Assembly: GCA_964447095.1 (NCBI GenBank) | Contig: CAYUSE010000001.1 | Span: 4,576 to 68,575, forward strand | Length of the DNA: 64,000 nucleotides | DNA from: an uncultured Lachnospiraceae bacterium | Lineage (GTDB): Bacteria > Bacillota > Clostridia > UBA1381 | Direction of reading: 5' to 3' | Shown here: positions 28,968 through 38,692 of the stretch, in pieces | Numbering within the stretch: the first letter of the stretch is position 1 | Layout of the letters: every line of letters begins with the position of its first letter | Notes under the pieces: model-generated | Databases searched by the model: none | What the model was told of the DNA's origin: nothing | What the model saw: the letters and a program-made list of their open reading frames with translations, nothing else | Translations under genes and position numbers: made by a program

Positions 28968-29984
28968 ATGAAATTGACAACGGAACAAATTAAGAAAATT
29001 ACACAGGGGGCGGCATATGTCAGTGAAGAAAACGAACGCGTGAAATTTCATCGGTTTACGGCAGAACAGGAAGAAGCATATAAAGAAAGCGGAAACATGG
29101 AGTTTTACATAAAGACATTTGCGACTGCGGGCATACAGCTTGCGTTTAAGACAGACAGTGAAAAAATGTTTTTGAAGGTCTTTACCTCTGATACGACCTC
29201 CCGTTCGTTTTTCGCGCACGATGTGATGATAAACGGCAAAAGAATTGGCAGTCTTGACAACTTTTCAGGCAAAATTACGGACGAGGATTATCTTTTTAGG
29301 GAATATCCGCTTGGTGAATATTCAAAGCAATTTGATATAGGCAAAGGCATGAAGGAAGTACGCATACTGTTTCCGTTCTCTGTACGCTCTGAGATAATGG
29401 AATTTTCCTTGGATGACGGAGCGGAAATTATTCCGCTGAAAGAGAAAAAGAAAATAATATTTTTCGGAGACTCAATTACACAGGGCTATGATGCGGTTTA
29501 CGCTGAAAATCATTATGCAGTACAGGTTGCGTCTGCTCTTAGAGCGGAGGGCTTTAATAAAGGAATAGGCGGCGAGATATTTTTTCCACCGCTGGCAAGG
29601 GCACGCGATGACTTTGAACCAGATTATGTAGTCGTTGCTTATGGCACAAATGATTGGGGAAAGCGCACTGCGGAGGAATTTACCGAAAAGTGCAGAGAGT
29701 TTTACTCTGCGGTTTCCGAAAACTATCCGAAAGCTAAAATTTTTTCATTGACTCCGATATGGAGAAAAGACAATGATGAGCAAAGAAAGCTCGGCGCATT
29801 TTCTGATATAGGCAAAATAATCGGCAGCGTTACCGAAAATATGAATAACGTTATATGTTTGTCAGGCTGGGACTTTATTCCGCACGAAGAAAAATATTAT
29901 TCAGATCTGAGACTGCATCCTAATGACGACGGATTTGTGTTTTATGCAAAAAATCTTATCAACGCAATAAGACAATATATTTAG
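28968..29984 (+). CDS. SGNH/GDSL-family hydrolase (esterase)
   Basis: Block I IIFFGDSITQGYD, block III GTNDW, and a C-terminal DLRLHPND (DxxH) motif. Confidence 0.75.
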   Translation: MKLTTEQIKKITQGAAYVSEENERVKFHRFTAEQEEAYKESGNMEFYIKTFATAGIQLAFKTDSEKMFLKVFTSDTTSRSFFAHDVMINGKRIGSLDNFSGKITDEDYLFREYPLGEYSKQFDIGKGMKEVRILFPFSVRSEIMEFSLDDGAEIIPLKEKKKIIFFGDSITQGYDAVYAENHYAVQVASALRAEGFNKGIGGEIFFPPLARARDDFEPDYVVVAYGTNDWGKRTAEEFTEKCREFYSAVSENYPKAKIFSLTPIWRKDNDEQRKLGAFSDIGKIIGSVTENMNNVICLSGWDFIPHEEKYYSDLRLHPNDDGFVFYAKNLINAIRQYI

Positions 29985-29996
29985 GAGCTGCTTAAT

Positions 29997-30791
29997 ATGA
30001 ACGGACAGGAAAGCTTAAGAGAAAAGAAATTATTTCTCTTGGATATGGATGGGACGATATATCTGGATAATGAACTCTTTGACGGAACACTTGATTTTTT
30101 GAAATACGTTAAAGAAATCGGCGGTAAATATCTGTTTTTGACTAATAATTCTTCAAAAAGCGTGACAAGCTATATCGAAAAACTTAACGGTCTTGGAATA
30201 GCAGCAAACGCGAATGATTTTCTTACATCTGTTGATGCGGCTAAGACGCATATTAGGGGCAAATACAAAAAAATATACGTACTTGGAACACAGTCCTTAA
30301 AAGACGATTTGGCAAACAGCGGATTTCATATTACCGATGAACGCGAGACGGGTATTGACTGCGTTCTTATGGGGTTTGATACGGAGCTGACTTTTCAGAA
30401 ATTAGAGGATGCCTGCGTGCTGCTGAGAGAGGATATAGATTATCTTGCCACAAATCCCGATTATGTATGCCCTACATGGTACGGATATGTGCCGGACTGC
30501 GGCAGTGTGGCGGATATGATATATAACGCTACAAAAAAACGCCCGTATTTTATCGGAAAGCCGCAGCCTGACATGGTATATCTTGCGATGAAAAAAACAG
30601 GATTTTCCAAAAAGCAGACCGTTATTATCGGCGACAGAATATATACCGACATTGCCTGCGGCGTAAATGCCGGTATTGACTCAATTATGGTTTTGAGCGG
30701 AGAAGCGACAATGGAAGATGCGGAAAACGGCGATATTAAGCCTGCATATATTTATAAAAATATCAGAGAAATATATGACGTTTTAAAATAA
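29997..30791 (+). CDS. HAD-IIA family sugar-phosphate phosphatase (NagD/AraL-like)
   Basis: Motif I LFLLDMDGTIY, LTNNSS, GKP, and IIGDRIYTDI (motif IV). Confidence 0.8.
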   Translation: MNGQESLREKKLFLLDMDGTIYLDNELFDGTLDFLKYVKEIGGKYLFLTNNSSKSVTSYIEKLNGLGIAANANDFLTSVDAAKTHIRGKYKKIYVLGTQSLKDDLANSGFHITDERETGIDCVLMGFDTELTFQKLEDACVLLREDIDYLATNPDYVCPTWYGYVPDCGSVADMIYNATKKRPYFIGKPQPDMVYLAMKKTGFSKKQTVIIGDRIYTDIACGVNAGIDSIMVLSGEATMEDAENGDIKPAYIYKNIREIYDVLK

Positions 30792-30796
30792 AGTAA

Positions 30797-30901
30797 AATA
30801 TATCGCTGATCTCAGAATATACGGTTTTTCTTGTTACCTTAATAAGACCCTCTCTCCCCCTGTAATATATAATCGTATGTTCTGTGATGAGCGATATATT
30901 A
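30797..30901 (+). repeat. Imperfect inverted repeat (27-nt arms, ~49-nt spacer); the right arm plus the pyrimidine tract recurs at 36693-36746
   Basis: The left arm is AATATATCGCTGATCTCAGAATATACGG (30797-30824). The right arm CGTATGTTCTGTGATGAGCGATATATT (30874-30900) pairs at 24 of 27 positions. The CTCTCTCCCCCTG..TATATAATCGTATGTTCTGTGATGAGCGATATATTA segment aligns with 36693-36746. Confidence 0.5.
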
Positions 30902-30918
30902 AAGAAGGAGGCTGAAAA

Positions 30919-31893
30919 ATGGCAAAAAAATTGAGGAATTTGTGCGTTTTAGTGTTTGCGGCTTGCGTGTTTGCAGGCACTGCTGCGCTTGCTGCGGAAG
31001 ATGCGCGTGTGTTTTTTGCGCCGCAGAGCATGAATGAGGATGATGAAATAATCGTTCCTATTTATACGGAAAATCTGCCGAAGGATAACGACGGACTGTG
31101 CGGAACTGAGTTTAAGTTCGCATACGATACGGAGCATTTTACGCTCAAAACGGACGAGGACGGCAAACCGTTTTTGGGAACAGCTTCGGCAATGCTTGTG
31201 CAAAACACGGATATTGTGGACGTTACCGAGAATAACGGCGTTGTTTCGGTAAGCTATGTGGATTTCAGCGTCGAAAATAACATGGTTCTGCGCGACGGAC
31301 CGCTCTTCTATTTCACGTTAATTCCGAAAAATCCGAACGCGCTGTGGAACTCGGACGATTATTATCCGATACGCTTTCTTGCGGACAGCGTAAATCTGAT
31401 TACGCTTGACAAAAAGAATTTAAGTCTTTCAGGAATAAGCGCTGAAGGTATAGATACGTATGTGGGCGGCTACAATGTGTATCCAAAGTTTGAAATACCG
31501 AAAATCGAGGATGAAATAGATTTTAAGGACGGCGTTTCAGCCGTATACATAAACGGCGAGGAAATAAAAATAGATACTAAGCCATATACAAAGGACGAAT
31601 TAATGATACCGCTTCGGGCTCTTGCGGAGGCTTGCGGTATGGAAATATATTGGGATGATGAAACACAAACTGTTTCATTGTTTTATCCGTATATAAGCGT
31701 GTATTTTGACATGAAAAACGGAAACACGTACATAAACGCAAAACAAAGAACAGATTTGGGCAAAGCCGAAATCGTAAACGGACGGACATTCGCGCCTGTA
31801 TCGGCAATACGGGAAATGTTTAAGGATATGTCAGGAAATAGCGGCGATAACGTGTCGTCGGATTTAAATAAAAAAGAGGAGGAAGAAAAATGA
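30919..31893 (+). CDS. Secreted protein with a cohesin-like N-terminal domain and a copper-amine-oxidase-N-terminal-like (stalk) C-terminal domain
   Basis: Signal peptide. The cohesin-like pattern is IIVPIYTENLPKDNDGLCGTEFKFAYDTEHFTL. The stalk-domain pattern is VYINGEEIKIDTKPY..LMIPLRALAEACGMEIYWDDETQTVSL...NGRTFAPVSAIREMF. Its stop overlaps the next start (ATGA). Confidence 0.55.
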   Translation: MAKKLRNLCVLVFAACVFAGTAALAAEDARVFFAPQSMNEDDEIIVPIYTENLPKDNDGLCGTEFKFAYDTEHFTLKTDEDGKPFLGTASAMLVQNTDIVDVTENNGVVSVSYVDFSVENNMVLRDGPLFYFTLIPKNPNALWNSDDYYPIRFLADSVNLITLDKKNLSLSGISAEGIDTYVGGYNVYPKFEIPKIEDEIDFKDGVSAVYINGEEIKIDTKPYTKDELMIPLRALAEACGMEIYWDDETQTVSLFYPYISVYFDMKNGNTYINAKQRTDLGKAEIVNGRTFAPVSAIREMFKDMSGNSGDNVSSDLNKKEEEEK

Positions 31894-34589
31894 AGAAGGT
31901 ATTATCAGGAATTTTAGCTTTAATGATTGCGGGAAGTGTTTCTATTTCCGCGTTTGCCGCTGAGGGAAATATTGAAGCGGTTGAAGTAACGGTAAACAGT
32001 GAAACGGAAAATCTGAAAGACACTTTAAAAGATAACGTGTCTGACGAGGAGGGAATGCTGCGTATTTCACCGGACACGTTGCTTAGAATAAAGTTGAAAT
32101 TAAATGGCGATGATGCGTCGGAAAAGGATATGAGTTTTATTGCAAACAAAAACCTTGGTGAAAATGAAACAATAAGCAAGGACATAGTACAGTTTATTGA
32201 TGAAAAAACAACAGATGAGGAGGGTACTGTAACAATCCAATTCAGACCTCGTTTAAATCAGGACACAGGTATATATAATATGCGCGCAAATGCGCAGGGC
32301 GCAGCTATGTTCAGTAAATTTTATAAGACTGTCGCAGGTGAAAAGCAGCCCGTATTATCAGCACCGTCCGATACACCGTCGGGAGATGATATAACAGCTA
32401 CAATAAGCGACTACACAGAAGCTTGGGAAAACGCAAATGAGCTTTTTATAATTGGTGAAGGAGACAGCAAAACAAAAATAGAAAATTACACAATCGAGGG
32501 CGACACCGAAATAAAAACGCTAAAAATCCCTGCAACGGGAGTATTGGCAGCTCCCGGGGAATACACACTGAAGTTTACTCCAAAACAAACGGGCAGCGCG
32601 TATAACCCGATTACATTCAAAGCAACGGTTACAGAAAAGGTATATTCGGTTATATTTGATGTAGAAGGCGTAAGTGTAGCCCCGTTTAAGGCAAGCGACA
32701 TAACGGAAAACGGAATTACGCTGCCTGCGAATGTACATGTAAACAACGGCTATGAATTTAAGGGCTGGTATAAGGGCGAAACAAAGGTTGACGCCATTAC
32801 GTCTGCGAATTTAGAGTCACTGTACGGCGAGGGCAAAACTTTAAATCTTACGGCAAAAATTGAACCGACAGCCTATACGATTACATATAATCTTGATAAC
32901 GGAGAAAATGCAAGCGGCAACCCTGAAGAATATACAATCGAGAGTGATACAATTACATTGCTTACTCCGACAAGATTAGGTTATACATTTGCAGGCTGGT
33001 ACAGCGATGAAGATAAGACCGTAAAGGTTACTGAAATCGCCAAAGGCTCAACGGGTGATAAGACGCTTTACGCGAAGTGGGAGGAAAAAATGCTCGCGGT
33101 GACAAAGAGCGTTGTTTCTTCAACAAACCATGATGTTGTCGGAGGAACGGAAAATGTTATTGCAGGGGTTAACTCTACCGTGCAGGAGGGCGCGGAGGTG
33201 ACATTTACCGTAACGCCGCCTGTAGGATATGATGTAGAAAGTGTTACATGCAATGGCACGGAGTGTGAAGAGACGGAAAACGGTTACAAGTTAACGGCAT
33301 CGGGCGAGACTGTTGAAATAGCGGTAACGCTTGCGCCGATAACATATACTATAGAATTTGATGTGAACGGCGGCGTCGGCGAGTTTGAAGCGGTATACGG
33401 CACGATTGAGCAGCCTCCGACACTTCCGACAGATAAGCCGACGAAAGAAGGCTATCATTTTGACGGATGGTTTACAAGCGCGGAAAACGGCAGACCGATT
33501 ACGCAGGACATTATAGATAAAAACTTTGCGGACAAAATTTCGAGCTTTGATGAAAACCATAAAATCACGGCTGTGGCAGTGTATGCGGAAAACGGCAAGT
33601 ATACGGTTATCTATCAGGCGCCTGCGGTAAAAGATGAAACAAAAATACCGCCGCAGCAGGTAAATGTTGATTGGGAAATAACGAAGGAAATCACCATTTC
33701 TGAAATAGAGCCCGAAAAAGACGGCTATATATTTGCAGGCTGGAAGGTTAAAGTGAATGACAGCGCAGATTTTGAGTCGGATACGATATACAAAAGGGAT
33801 GGGGACAATAAAACGTATACAGTAGCTGAGGGAGTTACAAAGGTAACTTTTGTGGCTCAATGGACTGCTGAAAAATACACAATCTCGTATGAGCTTAACG
33901 GCGGAACAAATAATGAAAGCAATCCAACCGAATATACAGCCGATACGGAAACAATTACTCTTGCGGCGCCGACTAAAGCAGGATACACCTTTGCAGGCTG
34001 GTACACAGAAGCGGAGTTTACTAATGAAACGGGTTCAATTGCCAAAGGCTCAACAGGCAATAAGACGTTTTACGCAAAGTGGAAGCCTGTAACGTATACA
34101 ATCACTTTAAACAACGACGGAACAAGCAGTGAAATAAGCGGAACGGTCGAAAATCTGCCGAAGCTTACAACGCCTGCAAAGGACGGTTATGAGTTCAGGG
34201 GCTGGTTTACAGCGGCGGAAGGCGGCGATAAGGTAGACTCAATTACGGCGGAAAACATTGCAAGCCTCGGCGGTAAAACGCTTTACGCCCGCTGGGAGGA
34301 AATTCAAACAGACGCTTATAAAATAGTGAGTATTGATACAGTAAACAGCAGTGTAAAGGTGATTAAGCGTACAGAAGACAGCGCATACCTTATAGTTGCA
34401 ACTTACACGGAGAGCGGAAAGCTTGTAAAAGCGTCGATAAAGAATATATCAGCCGAACAGACAGACGCATCGGGAATAGATGTTTCAATGCCGAATGCAT
34501 TTGGCGGTGAATATGTAAAAGTAAGGGTATTTATGTGGGATACGCTTGAAAGTATGCAGCCCAGATGCGGCGTGTTTGAAAATAAATAA
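31890..34589 (+). CDS. Secreted protein with six Listeria-Bacteroides (InlB B-type) repeats and the recurrent C-terminal tail
   Basis: Signal peptide. Repeats take the form YTITYNLDNGEN...GYTFAGWYSDE...DKTLYAKWE, six in total. The C-terminus is AYLIVATYTESGKLV...VRVFMWDTLESMQP. Confidence 0.8.
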   Translation: MKKVLSGILALMIAGSVSISAFAAEGNIEAVEVTVNSETENLKDTLKDNVSDEEGMLRISPDTLLRIKLKLNGDDASEKDMSFIANKNLGENETISKDIVQFIDEKTTDEEGTVTIQFRPRLNQDTGIYNMRANAQGAAMFSKFYKTVAGEKQPVLSAPSDTPSGDDITATISDYTEAWENANELFIIGEGDSKTKIENYTIEGDTEIKTLKIPATGVLAAPGEYTLKFTPKQTGSAYNPITFKATVTEKVYSVIFDVEGVSVAPFKASDITENGITLPANVHVNNGYEFKGWYKGETKVDAITSANLESLYGEGKTLNLTAKIEPTAYTITYNLDNGENASGNPEEYTIESDTITLLTPTRLGYTFAGWYSDEDKTVKVTEIAKGSTGDKTLYAKWEEKMLAVTKSVVSSTNHDVVGGTENVIAGVNSTVQEGAEVTFTVTPPVGYDVESVTCNGTECEETENGYKLTASGETVEIAVTLAPITYTIEFDVNGGVGEFEAVYGTIEQPPTLPTDKPTKEGYHFDGWFTSAENGRPITQDIIDKNFADKISSFDENHKITAVAVYAENGKYTVIYQAPAVKDETKIPPQQVNVDWEITKEITISEIEPEKDGYIFAGWKVKVNDSADFESDTIYKRDGDNKTYTVAEGVTKVTFVAQWTAEKYTISYELNGGTNNESNPTEYTADTETITLAAPTKAGYTFAGWYTEAEFTNETGSIAKGSTGNKTFYAKWKPVTYTITLNNDGTSSEISGTVENLPKLTTPAKDGYEFRGWFTAAEGGDKVDSITAENIASLGGKTLYARWEEIQTDAYKIVSIDTVNSSVKVIKRTEDSAYLIVATYTESGKLVKASIKNISAEQTDASGIDVSMPNAFGGEYVKVRVFMWDTLESMQPRCGVFENK

Positions 34590-34599
34590 AAAAATTCGT

Positions 34600-34639
34600 A
34601 AAATGCCTCTGCCGATGTAGTGGTGGAGGCATTTTAATA
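34600..34639 (+). terminator. Intrinsic terminator after the B-repeat gene
   Basis: The stem AAAATGCCTCTGCC / GGTGGAGGCATTTT surrounds an 8-nt loop and is followed by T-rich sequence. Confidence 0.6.
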
Positions 34640-34658
34640 TATGAAAGGGTGAGTAAAG

Positions 34659-35255
34659 TTGCTTGATATGCCAGAAATTATATGTATTGTCAGACTTGTA
34701 GCAGCGGCATTGTGCGGAACCCTGATTGGTTATGAACGCAAAAACCGTTCAAAATCGGCAGGTCTCCGCACTCACTGCGTGGTGGCGTGCGCGTCTGCGC
34801 TTATGATGATACTTTCAAAATATGCATATATGGATGTTATGGAAATGTACGGCGATTTGATGAAAATAGATCCGTCGCGAATAGCGTCGGGAGTTGTCAG
34901 CGGCATTGGATTTCTCGGAGCGGGTATGATTTTTGTCAATAAACAGACAGTTATGGGACTGACTACCGCAGCGGGAATTTGGGCGACATCGGGTATAGGC
35001 ATGGCAATCGGCGCGGGAATGTATTGGATTGGCGGCGCGGCAACGCTTATAATATTGTGTATACAGATTATTTTGCATATGACGCCTAAATTGCTGATAC
35101 ACCGTGATAAAAATAAGGTCCAGCAAAAAAATGACAGCGATATAAATTCACTTGTACATGGTGAAATTGTTGGTATCAGACCTTTGGAGAAGGAATGTGA
35201 CGGTAAATTGCTGTATACAATAATAGTCGCTTTGCCGAATGGTGATACAGAATAA
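34659..35255 (+). CDS. MgtC/SapB-family membrane protein
   Basis: RLVAAALCGTLIGYERKNRSKSAGLRTH is the family signature; hydrophobic N-terminal half. The start is TTG 34659, with ATG 34668 as an alternative. Confidence 0.8.
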   Translation: MLDMPEIICIVRLVAAALCGTLIGYERKNRSKSAGLRTHCVVACASALMMILSKYAYMDVMEMYGDLMKIDPSRIASGVVSGIGFLGAGMIFVNKQTVMGLTTAAGIWATSGIGMAIGAGMYWIGGAATLIILCIQIILHMTPKLLIHRDKNKVQQKNDSDINSLVHGEIVGIRPLEKECDGKLLYTIIVALPNGDTE

Positions 35256-35277
35256 AAATAATCAATATATTATATGA

Positions 35278-36657
<1,380 letters not shown>

Positions 36658-36692
36658 GATATGATATGAATAAGTCGATATAGTTTTATGGT

Positions 36693-36746
36693 ATCTCTAT
36701 TCCTCTTATTATATAAACCGTATATTCTGTGATGAGAGATATATTA
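36693..36746 (+). repeat. Second copy of the ~50-nt conserved element seen at 30850-30901
   Basis: TATCTCTATTCCTCTTATTATATAAACCGTATATTCTGTGATGAGAGATATATTA aligns with the 30.85-kb copy. Both lie ~20-40 nt upstream of a plus-strand gene start. Confidence 0.5.
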
Positions 36747-36782
36747 ATTTTGAGTTTGATGTGTTAGGAGAAGTAAAATAAT

Positions 36783-37487
36783 ATGAAAGATATATTGATG
36801 CAAACATATACTTACAAGTGTGAGTTGCATGCTCATTCATATCCTGTAAGCCTTTGTTCAGAAATATCACCTAAAGAGATGGCAAAGCTATTTATTGATA
36901 ACGGATATTCTGCCATCGTTCTTACCAATCATTTCTATTTGGGATATAGAAATGGGTTTGAAAGTGATGCAGCTTATGTAGAATTTTACTATAATGCATA
37001 TACTGAACTTTTGGAGGCGGCAGGAGACAAACTAAAGGTATGTCTTGGTATGGAAATACGTTTTGAAAATGAAGCAATGAATGACTATCTTGTATATGGA
37101 ATAGACAAGTCAGATATTGGAAAGGCATGTTACTATTTGGACAAGGATATAGAAACATTTTACAAGGGATTTAAAAATGAAAGAAATGTTATCTTGCAAG
37201 CACATCCTTTTCGCGATGGTATGAAAGAGATAAATATGGATTATATTGATGGAATAGAAGTATTCAATATGCATATACACCATAACTCCAGAATAAGTAA
37301 GGCTGCTCAATGTGCGAAAGAATTAAATAAATTAAAACTATGCGGAACCGATTTACATTATCCATACCAAATAGGAACTTCATATGTGAGAACAAAATGT
37401 TTGCCAGAGAATTCATTTGATTTAGCAAAGTTAATTAAGTCTCAGGATATGATTTTACAGATTTCTGACAGCATAGTAATCCCATGA
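36783..37487 (+). CDS. PHP-domain metal-dependent phosphoesterase
   Basis: CELHAHSYPVSLCS is an N-terminal PHP His motif. Later HPFRD and HIHHN histidine clusters are present. Confidence 0.6.
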   Translation: MKDILMQTYTYKCELHAHSYPVSLCSEISPKEMAKLFIDNGYSAIVLTNHFYLGYRNGFESDAAYVEFYYNAYTELLEAAGDKLKVCLGMEIRFENEAMNDYLVYGIDKSDIGKACYYLDKDIETFYKGFKNERNVILQAHPFRDGMKEINMDYIDGIEVFNMHIHHNSRISKAAQCAKELNKLKLCGTDLHYPYQIGTSYVRTKCLPENSFDLAKLIKSQDMILQISDSIVIP

Positions 37488-37525
37488 TTTATGTGAGGAA
37501 TATCAGATATGAGGAGGATACAACC

Positions 37526-37847
37526 ATGATTTTTAAAGATAAAGGAAGAATTGTTTTTGCGGGAGATTCCGTGACAGAATTATATAGAGACTAACCGCAG
37601 TGATATGATGAGAGCAAGAATGGATGAATATGTCGCAATTTGCAGAAAACTTTCGGAAAAATATAAATGTATCTTTGTTGATTTTCAGAAAATATATGAG
37701 GATTATTGTAAAATTCGTCATTCTTCATATATTGCATGGGACAGAATACATCCTAATCAAATAGGGGCAACACTTATGGCGATGGCGTTTTTGGAAAAAA
37801 CGGGATTTCAGCCAAGACCACTTCAAAGTGATGCGAAGAATGACTAA
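37526..37847 (+). pseudogene. SGNH/GDSL hydrolase remnant with an internal deletion and premature stop
   Basis: ATG 37526 encodes MIFKDKGRIVFAGDSVTELYRD then a stop (block I only). ORF 37605-37847 encodes only the C-terminal part with DRIHPN (block V). The middle ~100 aa are missing. Confidence 0.65.
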
Positions 37848-37885
37848 GCGCAAAGCTGCACAGATGATTATGGAGGAAGTTACTG

Positions 37886-38520
37886 ATGTTAAAGAAAATC
37901 AAGAAATTTCAAAAACATCTTATTTTGGAGGAAAAGACTAAAGCGACAGTTGATAAGTATGTTCATGATGTGACAGCGTTTGTTAAATGGCTGGACGGAC
38001 GTCGTATGAGTAAGGCCGCTGTGCAGAAATATAAGCAGTGGATTAAAACAGATTATAAGGTTAAAAGTGTAAATTCCATACTATCGTCATTAAATGCTTT
38101 TTTTCGTTGGATAAACCACCCTGAATACAGTGTAAAGGGAAAAACAGAATTGTTTTTATTCCGGATAATCTATGTGAAATGCTGATGATATATATAAGTG
38201 AAAAGAATATTAAAAATGGTCCTATATTTCTTACAAGTAACGGTAGACCGCTTAACAGAAGCAATATTTGTGCTGAAATGAAGTGCCTGTGTGAAAAAGC
38301 CGGAGTACAGTCAAGCAAGGTGTTTCCGCATAATCTAAGAAATTTGTTTGGCAAAACATATTACACGACATATCAGGATATAGTGCGTCTTGCTGATATT
38401 CTCGGACATACGAGTATAAATACAACGCGCATTTATACAGCGGAAAGTGGAGAGATACACAGAAGCCGTATTCAGAAACTTGATCTTGTACGGGATATTT
38501 ATGCTGAAGATACAAGATAA
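37886..38520 (+). pseudogene. Tyrosine recombinase/integrase remnant (frameshifted, internally deleted)
   Basis: ORF 37886-38185 carries an N-terminal SAM-like domain (TVDKYVHDVTAFVKWL...SVNSILSSLNAFFRW). ORF 38179-38520, in another frame, carries the C-terminal catalytic end (FPHNLRNLFGKTYY...LADILGHTSINTTRIYT). The segment with the first catalytic Arg is missing and the total length is far below ~300 aa. Confidence 0.7.
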
Positions 38521-38692
38521 TTTATATTTTCTCCCATAATACATTTTTATGTATATTAAGCTTATGTTATGTATTATTTATATTTGCGGAGAGTATATCA
38601 CAATTATGTATCAGAGCATTTTTGTGGGACAGCGTAGACGGAATGGAGCCGTTATGCGAAAATAAATCTGTTTTCCCATCATTTATAAATAT

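Noticed and set aside
30881-30890. CUGUGAUGAG in the conserved element as a hammerhead-ribozyme core
   Set aside because: It does not match the CUGAUGA core, and no appropriately placed GAAA or helix arrangement is present.
37886-38520. Active integrase or intact mobile element
   Set aside because: The recombinase is split across two frames and lacks the segment containing the first catalytic Arg. I found no flanking inverted or direct repeats, and no other mobility genes in the window.
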